Shown here piece after piece: positions 1-13,559 of a stretch of 64,000 nt of DNA. Each line of letters starts with the position of its first letter. Position 1 is the stretch's first letter. Below the pieces are notes generated by a model. That model worked only from the letters and a program-made list of their open reading frames with translations. It made no database searches and was not told the origin of the DNA. Source of the DNA: Octopus sinensis (Eukaryota); the NCBI RefSeq assembly GCF_006345805.1, contig NC_043007.1, forward strand, positions 68,882,001 through 68,946,000. The letters run 5' to 3'. A program made the position numbers and the translations under genes.

Positions 1-66
1 TATATATATATGTGTATATATATATATATATTATATATATGTATATATATTATATGTATATATAAA

Positions 67-98
<32 letters not shown>

Positions 99-126
99 TG
101 TGTGTGTATGTATATATATATATATA

Positions 127-171
<45 letters not shown>

Positions 172-1346
172 GGGTGGTGTGTGATTGTGTATAGAAGAAT
201 CTCTTATTATAAAAGGCAGATTTTATCTGCCTCCTTTGTCTCTTATAGAAATCTACAATATAGGATTTCTTCAATTTCAATTTACCTAGCATTTTTAAGA
301 GTAGAATGCATCGGGTCGTGCCAGGTCCAGTTTTTAAAATTTCAACCCCAATTAAGCAAAATTTAGAGAAAACTCACATTGTGGTGTCTAAGTCAAGTGC
401 TTTTCTTAGTGTGGGCTATAGCACACGCCACACACACACACACACACACACACACAAAGGGAGTGATCTGATTCACTCACGCTATCACTCTAATTTCTAC
501 GACTTTCTCTTTGCAAGTTTGCAACGAATAAAGTGAAACTATTTCTATAACACGAGAGAGGTGTACCTTAAACCACTACTAAAAAAAAACACAGCAAACA
601 GAAACAAATAAATACATAACGATTTACTCCTCACACAATTTCTTCAATTAGAGTTTACCCATGATTTTTCTATTGGGTCATGTACTTCTATTGGGTCATG
701 CCATACAAAATTTCTTTCAATTTTACCCCCAATTAAGACAAAATTCGAGAAAACTCAATATTTTAACATTTCACTCCGAAAGCATTGATGTACATGTGTG
801 CGTGCGTGAGTGTGTGTGTGTCATTCCTTACACACACGTATACACATACATATATGACAGTGACAAACACAAACGTTTCAAACAACTACATACAAACACG
901 TGTGTGTTTGTTATTAGTAAAAAACGCGCCAAACACAACTCACTTCTCATTCCAACACATTTGCAAAGACACAAGGACGGTTGAATTGCTATAACAATAC
1001 AGAAAAGGTAAATTGGCTTTTATTTTACTTTCTGTCGTTAAATTTTGTAGTATTAATTGGCGACCCGAGTTCTTTCAGTATAGATTTAACATACATAATA
1101 TATACACAATTCTGTATATATTTTATTATATAATATATATATAGATATATGTATATATAATTGCAGTATGAAACAGTGTTTATGTATAAACAGACGACAC
1201 TTATATATAGTTATTAATAAATGTATGCATCCGTTTAAGAAAAACCAAAAAATATTTTATTCTTTATAAATGTTGTGTTCAAAATAACATTTTCTTTTAA
1301 GAATGTGTATATAACAAAGTATGTGTATATAACTAGGTGGCTTATA

Positions 1347-1743
1347 TCTTTATATATAAGAGTGAAGTTGTGTGTCTGTCTCCTACGATTTAGATTCGTA
1401 ACTACTCCCACATTTTGCGGTGCAGTTTAACCAAAAGCGGGTATCTTATAGTCGTGATTCATATCGAGCCCTTCTGGGTATTAGCGCGCGTCTACGATGA
1501 GTCTACGATTTAAAAAAAATTTACCATCATATTTTTCCATTTTAATGCATTTTTGTCGCTATTATATAAGGGAAGTCACTCTATAAAAATATCTACGATG
1601 TGTCAACGATTTAAAAAAAAATTACCGTAATTTTTTTTCAATTTTTAATGCATTTTCTTGCTATTTTTTGGCTATAACTCTCTAAAAATGCTTATATAGT
1701 TATTTCCCTTACAAACCCGAGCAACGCCGGGCGATACTGCTAG
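1347..1743 (+). mobile_element. Non-autonomous Helitron
   Basis: 5' TC (A|TCTTTATATATAAG), 3' GC-rich hairpin CCCGAGCAACGCCGGG at 1716-1731 followed by CTAG at 1740-1743, inserted between A and T without TSD; internal ~75-bp direct repeat (1491-1563 vs 1592-1665). Confidence 0.85.
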
Positions 1744-1870
1744 TATATTAATAAAAGGAATTCCAAACTTGTCTGATTTTCTCGTTTTATTTACAATCTT
1801 ATAATGATATAAGATAATATAGTATAGTATAATAAAATAAAATAATAGAATGTAAAATGTTCATTCTGAT

Positions 1871-1915
1871 TGAACTAGTACTTTCATGCATTAAATTCTG
1901 CAATCTTCAGGTTCA
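1871..1915 (-). ncRNA. Minimal type-I hammerhead ribozyme (probable Penelope-like element terminus)
   Basis: Minus strand: TGAAC-CTGAAGA-T-TGCA-gaatttaa-TGCA-T-GAA-AGTACT-A-GTTCA; 5-bp stem I in register, 4-bp stem II, palindromic stem III, CUA cleavage triplet. Confidence 0.7.
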
Positions 1916-2630
1916 TGTAGTAGTGGTGACAGTCATGCTTCACAATTTTTGACTGTAACGAGATGATTGAATCTGTGCTTTAAATACAGCTGTGTAGTCT
2001 CTAGATACTAGGTTTTGCAAACTGTATTCTGACCAATCAGTGTGTAGTTATCACTCATTACTTAGCTGATTGTTTAGAGACGTCACGCTTTGTTGGACAT
2101 GCAAGAGTCCTGTATCTTGACCCTGGCCAAAGCAGCACATTGTTGGGCTATTTTTAGAATGTTTGTAATAGCCTTTGTCAGAGATTTTAATATTTTTATA
2201 TTTCAATTGTCATCATTATCATTGTCAGCACCTTAATTATTGTTGCTAGTGGTGATGGTGGTGGAATAGACCTTTTAACCCCCTAAATAAGATAATTTTC
2301 CTGCTATCTAAGTATTATTATATTGCTTATTTAGCTTGGGTTCGAATTTATCAATAAAATTCTTTTCTCTGATTTTCCTCTCGATTTCACTTGGGCTGTG
2401 TATTTGTAGAATGGAAATATAATATATTATATATATATACATATATAATATATATATATATATATATATTATAATAGGTATATATGTATGATGTATGTTG
2501 TAATGTATATGTATATATATATATAATATATGTTGTTATAATTATCAGTTTAATAAATAAATAAGTTAACATTTTTTATGTCTTAAAGTTGATGAACCAA
2601 TTATTGTTTTCCTCTATTTTCTTATTTGCA

Positions 2631-2676
<46 letters not shown>

Positions 2677-2804
2677 ATATAAAATATATATTATATATAT
2701 ATAAATATATATATCTTGTTTATATATATATATATGTAATATATATTATATATATACATACATCATATATACACATACCACACACACACACACATATATA
2801 TATA

Positions 2805-2869
<65 letters not shown>

Positions 2870-2928
2870 GAGTGCGTATAGACTTTAAAACAGAACACAA
2901 TTCGCTGTCTGGTTTCAATAAAACACGC

Positions 2929-3062
2929 CTGATCTTTAAACGTCTTTAACGTAGTGTATTCAATTGCAAGCTTCTGGGCAGTGTCTCTAGTTTGTAGATA
3001 TTTTTCTCGCCAAATACGAGAAACTGCAAAGCCACCATGTCTACTTCCTTCCCTTGATTCAG
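2929..3062 (-). CDS. Candidate internal coding exon of unknown gene
   Basis: Pyrimidine-rich acceptor (cttttatatcag) followed by open frame (A)ESREGSRHGGFAVSRIWREKYLQTRDTAQKLAIEYTTLKTFKDQ; donor uncertain (GC at 2928); no homology recognised. Confidence 0.25.
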
Positions 3063-4081
3063 CTGATATAAAAGCGTTTATGAAAAGACTGACAACATAT
3101 ATGGGAAAGATAGAAAACAAAATTTAAATAAGAGTAAATAAGGGATTTTCTTGCACGCTTCTATAAACTGGATACTAAATCGAACGAATACTAATTGCTC
3201 ACATCTATTAATATGTATTGTTTTCAGCAATATATTATAACTGTGGCTATAATTTGTTATACTAATTAGAAACGAATTGGAAATTGTTGTAGTTAACTAA
3301 AATTTCTTTTCTTTTGACAAATATTATCCGCCTGCTTGCAAGAATTTGGAATTTAGCACATATGTGTTTCAGACACTGGAATAAAGTAAAGAATGAATTT
3401 AACCATATTAATTAACACACGAGATTTCACCAGTGATTCACTAACAGCTAACTGGATTAAACTACTGTGAAGGGAAAACTTTATTTACTTTCTGAGACGT
3501 AGAAGTTTCATTTCTATAGCTTGCGAATGATATACTTACATATTTACGTTAAAAAGAGTAACAAAAGTGTTTACATTGTTGTTAAAAAAACAAACGAATA
3601 TGCCTGTGTTTGAAGATTACTGAAGAGAAAATTGTTTTTGTAAATACAAAATATTTTCGAACCTCTGTTGTGTGAGTTATTAGAGTATCCGGAAGTCATG
3701 GTGCATGGTAGCCATTATGGTGTTGAATTGTTTCAGATCACAAATCAATTTATCTTTCCAAAATCAAAATTTGCGCATGGGAGAAAAATTACTTTCATCC
3801 TTCAAATGGTTGAAAAAATACAGTACTAACCAAAAACTGGAGGCCATCGTTTCGACTAACTTCCTCCTCAGTCACACAAAACTTAACTTTGTGGCCCTGT
3901 GCTTGTTTCAGAAACAATTAAGGGCGCCTGGCTAGCAGATTAGCGCCGGATGAAATGCATAATGGAATTTGTTCTGGGTCCAAATTCCGCTGAAGTCAGC
4001 TTTAACTATCATCATTACGTGGTCCGTAAAATAGAAAGTAGCATCGTCAGAGATGTGAATGCGATATTCTATTTTTAGGTA

Positions 4082-4290
4082 AAAGGTGACGAGCTAGCAG
4101 AAACGTTAGCACGCCGGGTAGAATGCTTGGCGGCATTTCGTCTGTCTTTACGTTCTGAGTTCAAATTCCGCGGATGTCACTGTGCTTTTCATCCTTTTGG
4201 AGTCGATAAATTAAGTACCAGTTGAGTACTGGGGTCGATCTAATCAACTGGCCTCCTACCCCAAAATTTCGAGCCTTGTGCCTTGAGTAT
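4082..4290 (+). mobile_element. tRNA-derived SINE with Nin-domain-like core (Octopus OR/OK-type)
   Basis: Head GAGCTAGCAGAA...GTTCAAATTCC (A/B-box-like) and core GTCGATAAATTAAGTACCAGTTGAGTACTGGGGTCGAT; the same core recurs many times in the window. Confidence 0.8.
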
Positions 4291-4387
4291 TTTTGGGTAA
4301 GAGAACAACAAATTCAATCGACCAGTCTTCTCTCAAGACTGGTGGTCTTGTATCTGAATTACAATCAGTCATTTAATATACTGTTTG

Positions 4388-4440
<53 letters not shown>

Positions 4441-4552
4441 ATATATATAATATATATATATTATATATATATATATATCGTCAGTAAATCATAAATCCGA
4501 AGAGAAGCACACTCTAAGTTACAGAGCAGTTGAATAATTAGGTAAGAGATAG

Positions 4553-4707
4553 TTATGGTCGGTCTATGGGGTTACTCTGAATTTCACGTCCATAACGTGC
4601 TTAGCTTTGAGGCGTTTCTTCAGACTCTAATCTGGGTCTAAACAACGGCGCAGAGCTAAGCGCTTTATAGACGTGAAACCCAGGGTAATCCCATAGACAG
4701 GCCATAA
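4553..4707. mobile_element. Imperfect palindromic MITE-like element
   Basis: ~72-bp arms (TTATGGTCGGTCTATGGGGTTAC... / ...GTAATCCCATAGACAGGCCATAA) around a ~10-nt loop; TA at both ends. Confidence 0.6.
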
Positions 4708-4782
4708 TATATACATATATATATATATTATATATATTATATATATATATAAACACACACACACACACACACATACATATAT

Positions 4783-4873
<91 letters not shown>

Positions 4874-7363
4874 TGCGCGGGCGCATACACACATGCATAT
4901 ACACACGTACAACGCACATGCAATGGGTAGATAGACAGACAGTTAGATAGATAGGTAGATATGTATATATATATAGAGGGAGAGGGAGAGGGAGAGAGAG
5001 AGATGAATGGACATAATCATGCGATATTGTTTCAGTATTATTAAGCTTATTGTTCCTATTTCATGAACATAGCTTGATGGATGATTGCATTAATAAAAAG
5101 CATACGAGAAAATCTATTATTGATACAGACCATTCAGAAATAAGCAATTATTTTTAAGCGTTTTTTTAAAATGATATTTTAAGTCTGTCTGCAATTAAAA
5201 CACCTATTATTCTTGAGGCATTAAATATGCTGCTTATTTTTTTACTCTGTCTTGTATAAGAGATATTCATTGAGAACTGATGAAGATGCTTTACTGGAAA
5301 ACTGGAAAATATTTACGATATATATATATTTACTTTAAATTGCAAAACTGCAAAATCGAAATACGTTAGTAGAATAGGTAATACTGGAAGCTGCAAAGTA
5401 CCTAAGGCTTCAATTCAAAAATCGCCTACAAGCTTTTCTTTCTTCTCTACACGACAGCCATTATTTTTGAATTCGACTAAATTCATAATTATAGTGGGTT
5501 GTCAGTAACCTGCACCATGCCAGAGTAAATACACAGCAAATACTGTTTGCTTTTATCCATTTACTGAGTCTGAAACTAATTGGCGCTCAGTTTGACATTT
5601 ATCCCTGAGGAATTAGTAAAGATATACATGCCTTGCCCTTGATGAGGATGTAGAGGCACCATCGTTACATACGGTGTGTCTTGGGCACTTTAACCCTGCC
5701 GGAGACCATCTGTCTCCAGACTTGACCCCAGTCGATTTCCTTCAGAAGAAAGTCAGAAAGAAAAAAATAGAATGAGAAAGAGAGGGGTAATGGATTGAAA
5801 GAGGACTGGTACTTTATTTTTCGACCCCGAAAGGGTACAAATGAAACTAATCTCAGTAGGATTTGAATACAAAACATATAGAGCCAGAACAATTATCACA
5901 AGGAAATCTATCCAATGCTTTAAAGACTCCACCAATTAGCCGCAATAATTTTATAGGAGGATCGGTTGAATTTGTTATGGTCTCTTACCCCAAAATAGAA
6001 TATCACGTTCACGTCTCGGATGATGCTACTTTTACGCTTATAAATATCCGAGACACCCCACTCATTGGTTTGAGGATACTCACCACTATACTCCAACATC
6101 TGACTCAGAGGTGTTACTGTTCTACTGCTACTGCAATAGTCTCTGCTCTTCGGATTCTGATGGAGTTACCTAAACTTATTTTCTGCTTCTTTTATCACTC
6201 ATATTGTATGCATCATAACACTACCACAACCACCACTACTCAAGCGTCCGTCGCATTTTCTTTCTAGAACGGTGGGGGTTCAGCACACTTGTTATATCAT
6301 TGACCTCTTCGTGGAATAACTTATCGACCTCCATGTTGTTAATTTCAAAAATAAAATTAAAAGGTATAATTAGTAAAAATGTTCTTTATTTCAAAATAAT
6401 TCTTTCGTTCTGTTCTGAAATTATTGCACTTTAAAATAAAATCTAATGAAAATACTTAACGAAATCGATAAATAACAATAAAATTGATATAGTTGGAATA
6501 TTTAAGAAGACATGTTTGGCGATTACCAATTATTGCATTGATATTTGGCAGGAAATTAGTGAGTTTTAGACTTAATTTATCGTGCTCTTCTAGATTCATT
6601 TCACGAATAATATCAACAGCCCTGTTGCTCGAAATTGTTTCCGATGTCTATCGACTCCTTGGATAACCAAACAGACCCACAAGGTTAAAAAGTGATCTCG
6701 GTGCCAACCCCTTTTCCAGAATGTCGGTCCATTGAAATTCATCCGCAGCCCATGATTATTCTTAAAGCTACTAATTCGCTGCGTTACAAAAAACTTAAAA
6801 CACAAAACTGAAAAACGAACAACTTACATATTAACCACCACGGTCGCAACTCTCTTGAAATCCATGAGAACAGCACTTTACTGTAGAACAAACCTTTAAA
6901 GTAAAACAAAACAAAAAAAAACTTTTAATACGTTAAAATAACAACAAAAAATTCGCCTAAAACTTTCCACACCTAAAAACCAGATCTAAAGAAATTCTAT
7001 CAAGTCCGCGATTTTCCAACACATATCAACAAGAATAAAGTTAACTGCACGAACAAGACAATAGAATATTTGTTATGTTTCGAGCGCAATGAATTGTGTA
7101 ATTGCCGTGTTGACCCGGATTCCATGTTGTGTATTACATGTGTTACTGGGTAACTCATGAAATTACTTAGCTTGATAATGTAAATAAGGAATTTATAAGT
7201 GGCAAATTCATTATTTCTTGAAAACACGCGCCCTACTTATGTATATATGTACATACATATGTGCATATCTATCTATCCACCTATCTACCTATCTACCTTC
7301 CTATCTATCTACCTATCTACCTACCTATCTATCTATCTACCTACCTATCTATCTATCTATCTG

Positions 7364-7417
<54 letters not shown>

Positions 7418-8084
7418 CGTCTGTAAGTATGTATATTGTGTGTTTCGCAATTTATTTAATTATCAAGTTTTAGATACTTTTATCAGTTGATTGTCAAGAG
7501 TTATTTCTAATTTGTATGGATTTCTTTGTTTAGTGAAACATCACTATTTTTGTTTTATACTCACTTTTTCTTTTTTTTAATTTTTTACGTTTAATTCGTA
7601 TTTGATAGTTGTAATTATTGAGATTGTTGTGATTGACAAATCAAATTTTGTACCAATTATTAAACAGATTTATCTTTCTTGAATGCATTTTGCTTTTGGC
7701 AGAGTAAATTCGTCAGATAACATTAAGAATAATATTCTGAGTTAATATTTAATAGCAGATGTATTCTATTTATCAAAACATTCTATATTTTATCAGAGAA
7801 CGCACGCACACACACACGTGCGCGCTAAAACCATACAAACACGCGCAGATACAAACATAGGAGAATGTAGTTTTAAATTATGCATTTATAACATTTTTAC
7901 ACGAGATTTACCGCAATAGAACATATGACTAAATCAAAAGTTACATTTCGTGTACTGTAAAAGACACGCTATAAACACTTTCTCACTCTCTCTTTCTTTC
8001 TCTCTGTATTATACATACACACATATATATATACACATATATATATATATAATATATATATATATACACATGTATATACATATT

Positions 8085-8117
<33 letters not shown>

Positions 8118-8373
8118 TATATATATACTTATATATACATGTATATATATATACATATATATACATATATATACATATATATACTATATATACATATATA
8201 TATTCATATATATACATATATATATAAATATATATATATACACATATATATATACATATATATATATGTATATATATATACATATATATATATAAACATA
8301 TATATACATATAAATACAGATAGACAGACAGATAACTAGAAAGATTGATTGATATGTATATGTACGCATATAT

Positions 8374-8422
<49 letters not shown>

Positions 8423-9798
8423 GTACATGCACACACACACACAAGCATATGCATGTATGTATTCGGATTGTTGAATTGCTGAATACGCTTTGGGTGACTG
8501 TCAACGGCAGATAAACCACTTTCTTCCTTAAAATTATAATATATTTGTAAATGGTTAATATTCTTTTCAAGCATAGTTGCTTAGCATACAAAATGAAAAA
8601 CTAATGTTAAAGACAGGGAATAGTATATTTGGAGATCATGGGTCATTCCTGTGAAAGCACGCACTTAGCTGATAACTTTTGACAGTTTATATAATCAACC
8701 GAAGTTCTCTCTTGCATCAAATAAAGAACAATAATTTGAGAATATTTCGCTTAAAGCCTTGTGGTATTTGCACCCATTGTTCATATTCTTAGTTCGATTC
8801 TCGCCGAGGTCACCGTTGCCTTTAATTCTTTTGCTGTCGATAAAGTAAATTAACAGTCGAGTATTTGGATAGTTGGAATCGACAATACCAACCCTCTTCC
8901 ATTACAACTGCTTGCCTTGTGTTTTAATTAGAAAATATTACGTAGACAGTTGTATCCACTGTATCAGTTATTTTAAAGCAGCAAGATATTTCTCAGAAAT
9001 AATTTGTTGAATTTCTACTATCGTAAATGATTTCAACAAAAGTTCATTAGTCGGGTTTGTCTACAGAAGCCTAGTAGGGTTTCGCGGTAGTGCTGGTGGT
9101 GGCGGTGACAGTAGTGGTGGTGGTAGTGGTGGTGATGATGATGATGTTACTGGTGGAATTTGTGTTGATGGTGATGCTGGCGACGACAATGATGGTGGTG
9201 ACAATAAGAAGGATATGAACGAGAAGAAACGCAAGAACAAAATGAAGGATGCTAACCATTTAAGTAGTGAGAGAGAAAGGGAGAGAGAGTATGTGTGTGT
9301 GTGCATGTGTGTTTGTGTGGCTGTGATAATCGGTTAAATATTTGACAAGATAACGTTTGGTCTTTAATTTAAAACTAATCAAGTCACAACTGAGTTCTTA
9401 TTTATCTTTAATTTAGAATAGCTAAAACGCTATTAACAGTTCATTCCACTTGGGGATTTTCATATCCAAATATATTCGAATTGATTCACACCAATTTTCG
9501 CTGGTGTATATGTACTCCTATTGGGTATATATATATATATTATATATATATATATTATAATATATATATATATATATTAATAAATTTTAGGGTAGTAAAA
9601 AATTCTAGAAAAGTTCTCCGCTACCAGCGGTCAAGTGGGAAAGAGAAAAATAGTCAATAGACTATATAATATACATTCAAACATATAAGGGATGGCTATA
9701 ATAGAACATCCGACTCACTAGAAAGAGCAGCTAAACTCCAAACCACTAATAGTTGTAATTCTGAAATGGAAAAAGAAATAAAAACGTTTAACCCTTTC

Positions 9799-9893
9799 CT
9801 TTCTGGACTATGCATAGTTTCAGCAATCTTATGTAAATAAATTAAATTAAATTAAATTTATTTACCACCGGCGTTGCACTCATCAGCAGAAAA
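9799..9893 (-). ncRNA. Type-I hammerhead ribozyme with extended stem II
   Basis: TTTTCTG-CTGATGA-GTGCAA...TTGCT-GAA-ACTATGCATAGT-C-CAGAAAG; 7-8 bp stem I, 12-nt palindromic stem III, GUC triplet, predicted cleavage between 9806 and 9805. Confidence 0.8.
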
Positions 9894-9971
9894 GCCAAGG
9901 ACAAACACCAAACGTTATCTTGTCAAATATTTAACCGATTATCGCCTCGTGAATATATGGTAGTCCTTGGC

Positions 9972-10066
9972 TTTTCTGCTGATGAGTGCAACGCCAGTGG
10001 TAAATAAATTTAATTTAATTTAATTTATTTACATAAGATTGCCGAAACTATGCATAGTCCAAAAGG
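9972..10066 (+). ncRNA. Type-I hammerhead ribozyme (inverted twin of 9799-9893)
   Basis: CTGATGA 9979-9985, GAAAC 10044-10048, GTC 10057-10059; stem I slightly weaker (CAAAAGG). Confidence 0.7.
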
Positions 10067-10182
10067 AAAGGGTGAACGTTTTTATTTCTCTTTCCATTTC
10101 AGAATTACAACTATTAGTGGTTTGGAGTTTAGCTGCTCTTTCTAGTGAGTCGGATGTTCTATTATAGCCATCCCTTATATGT

Positions 10183-10285
<103 letters not shown>

Positions 10286-10295
10286 TATATAGAGG

Positions 10296-10346
10296 AGCTT
10301 CTACAGGACTAGAACTGTTTCATTCAAGCGAAATCTTCAGGAAGCT
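10296..10346 (-). ncRNA. Type-I hammerhead ribozyme
   Basis: AGCTTC-CTGAAGA-T-TTC-gctt-GAA-T-GAA-ACAG-ttctagtc-CTGT-A-GAAGCT; all three stems in register, GUA triplet. Confidence 0.8.
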
Positions 10347-10631
10347 AGTTAACAAGAATTGTATTGGCATTTATACATTTAGGCAGGTTTAAAGGGGTGG
10401 TGGTGGGGGACTTTTTGGGGGTAGGCATAGCGCAAAAAAATCATACTTGGGGAGTGGTCAAGGAGTCAGTGGTAAATTAGATAGAAGAATAAATAAAAGA
10501 ATAAAAAAAGGGAATAAAAACACTCCCCCAAGTATGATTTTTTTGCGCTATTCCTACCCCCAAAAAGTCCCCCACCACCACCCCTTTAAACCTGCCTAAA
10601 TGTATAAATGCCAATACAATTCTTGTTAACT

Positions 10632-10682
10632 AGCTTCCTGAAGATTTCTCTTGAATGAAACAGTTCTAGTCCTGTAGAAGCT
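10632..10682 (+). ncRNA. Type-I hammerhead ribozyme (inverted twin of 10296-10346)
   Basis: AGCTTC-CTGAAGA(10638-10644)-T-TTC-tctt-GAA-T-GAA-ACAG-ttctagtc-CTGT-A(10676)-GAAGCT. Confidence 0.8.
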
Positions 10683-10765
10683 CCTTCTATATAATAAATT
10701 AATTTTACTCTGCTATGTATTGAGTACCTTATTTACTGTGGTTAACCCCGAATCAACCCGGGACC

Positions 10766-10848
<83 letters not shown>

Positions 10849-12149
10849 GAGGTAGAAAAGTAACACTCGAATTGATATGTATAAGAAAAATAAGACAAGG
10901 TAGGAAATGTTAAAATAATGTTATCATGAAGTACATTTTAGTACCGGTTTCCGCCCTTTAGATTTTTTCAATTAAGAGTTAAATAAAAAAAACAATTAAA
11001 TTGGAGAAACAAATTCAATGAAAAGTTTTGAAAATATTTCCATCGTCTTCAATTGGTCTGTTTGTCTCCCCTTGTCTTCCTTTGTGAATGCTTGGTAGGT
11101 TGGTAGGTAATTAGTAGTAAATCTGAGGGAATAGTTTTATGAGTACAGACAATTGATGGTTTAAGCAGGAGCAGCCAAAGGAGGAGGAGGAGAAGAAGAA
11201 GAAGAAGAAGAAGAAGAAGAAGAAGAAGAAGAAGAAGAAGAAAAAGAAGAAGAAGAAGAAGAAAAAAGAAGAGGAAGAAGAAGACAAAGGAGGAGGAAGA
11301 GAAGTGGTAGGGAAAGAAAACGAGAAAGAAAAGGAAAGGAAAGAAAAGAAAAGAAAAATACAAGACTGCTGTGACACCGTAGATTGTTCATAGCATCTTT
11401 AATGGTCAAATGACCTAAAAGTGACCTGTTATGGTCGTAGCAGTAGTGGTTAGAATTGTTCTAAATTCTTGTAGTAGTTTCATCTGTGGTGGAAGCGTTC
11501 AAAATAGGTTTATATTTTGCGATAAAATATGGTTCTTTGCTAAAGCGCTGATTATAGATTAGATTGTCCCTGAGTTTATACAGGAAAAAATTCTAAAGTT
11601 GGGTTGTTCGTTAGTGGCGCAAATATCGTTGTGCTCGTTTTATCCTATTTTTCTGTATTCTTGTATTTTAATCTGGGGTTTAAAAACAGTCCACACTAGA
11701 GGATTAAGGTACATGTACAAAGGATGATGGAATATATATATATATTTATATAACATATATTTATAAATATCATCAATAATATTAATACGCCAGTTTGTTT
11801 TTTGTAAGTACCTGATGTGTGTGTCACGCTTAAGAGAAAGGAATTGTTGAAAGAAATTTTGTTGCTTACATAAAATTTTTAATTAGTTGTTTTGGAATTT
11901 CTGGAAGAGACTTGAAACCACTGCCTATGTGTTGTATTACTACATCTCAACACTCATGCCTACTGCTCCACCGAAGCAACAACTGTCGTAATGGGAAAAT
12001 TAAGATACTTAAATTTGACGCGTGTCGAGAAAGGGAGAGAACGAAAGAGAGAGACAGTGAGAGGGAGTCGCTGAATTCCTTTGAATTCCTTTCTACGATT
12101 GAACTGAAATTGACTTCTGGCTATTAAAGGCCCAACCACACACACACAC

Positions 12150-12356
12150 ACTTGTTTTATGTTTTCTACCCATTGCTTGACATACGATATTGATGTGTTT
12201 GCGTCCCTGTAACATAGCAAACAGGGACGCAAGTAGAAGAGACTGATAGAATATGCACCAGGCTTACAGGGAATAAGTCCAGGGGTCAATTTCTAAAGGG
12301 TGTTGCTTCAGCATGACCACCGTCAAATGACTGAAACAAGTAAAAGAATAAAAGAC
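12150..12356 (+). mobile_element. 3' half of SINE (same family as 44130-44562)
   Basis: Ends in CAAATGACTGAAACAAGTAAAAGAATAAAAGA, matching the tail of the 44.1-kb copy. Confidence 0.7.
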
Positions 12357-12484
12357 TACGAGAAAAACGTCCCGTGCCACTAAACCAAGAGAGTTACGTA
12401 CAATGTATTTTAAGGCTAAATAGCAATTCTGTCTACGTTTGTGTAACAGATATTTTGGTTGGATTATATAGCTATTGGTTTTAC

Positions 12485-12561
12485 CTTTCTTTCTATATTC
12501 TGTAACTGTCACAATATACTTTTCTACTACTAGATCCTGCGACGAAATCTGAATCTCTAAT
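12485..12561 (-). CDS. Candidate 77-nt exon of unknown gene
   Basis: Acceptor atatttcag, donor AAG|GTAAAA, one open frame LEIQISSQDLVVEKYIVTVTEYRKK ending in phase 1, compatible with the 3062 exon. Confidence 0.25.
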
Positions 12562-13346
12562 CTGAAATATATGCTGATAGTGTACACACTATTTCCTGAA
12601 CTACAATAGACCCGCATAAGTAAAATAAATTTAAATAAAGTAAGAGAAGTAATTTTATAATGTAAAACTTAAAACTATATAATTAACGTTCATGCGTTGT
12701 TTCAACGCCAGAAAATGCAGTTTTTGTTCTACTGCATAATTTATTCTACTTATACGAAGTCATTCCAAGTCCAAAAAGTAGTATACGCACTATCTGTATA
12801 TACTTCAGTTAAACAAATCAGAACTTATGCATGTAGTACTGATGACCCGCAAATCCGGTGAAATAGGGTGTATGCCGCTCTCATAATCCCTTTTGGATCG
12901 ATTTCGTTTCGTTTGGTATGTTGCTTTTAATGCTCTATGTCTTCCAAGGGATTTTTCCAGACAAAACCTGCAACTTCTGGTGTTTAAACAACTCACGTTA
13001 AGTATGCGGTATTAATAATGTTTACATTACATAGATTCTTCTATTGTAATTCGCACACACACTCATAATTATGTATATATGAATCCACACATGTACATAC
13101 ATACACATACATACATACATGCATACATACATACATACATGCATGCATGCATACATACATGCATACATATATACATAATATATACATACATATATATACA
13201 TATATGATAATATAAATAATATATATGCATATATATATTATTTATATTATTATTTGCTTGAACGCTACGCAACCATTTCCAAATATATATAAACATGAGT
13301 ATATGTATATATATATATACACACATACATATATTATATATATATA

Positions 13347-13424
<78 letters not shown>

Positions 13425-13559
13425 GTGTGTATATATATATACATATATATACATACACATGACAGATGTAAATAGACACCCTTATAATCATAAAAATTTA
13501 TTTAAATCTGAAATTATACATTCAAATTATTTATTAATTGTTATGATGTGAATATTTAA

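Noticed and set aside
6084-6335. Minus-strand ATG in good context (MEVDKLFHEEV...) with a strong GTGAGT donor at 6083
   Set aside because: ORF stops after 32 codons and no frame links the ATG to the donor; at most a UTR exon.
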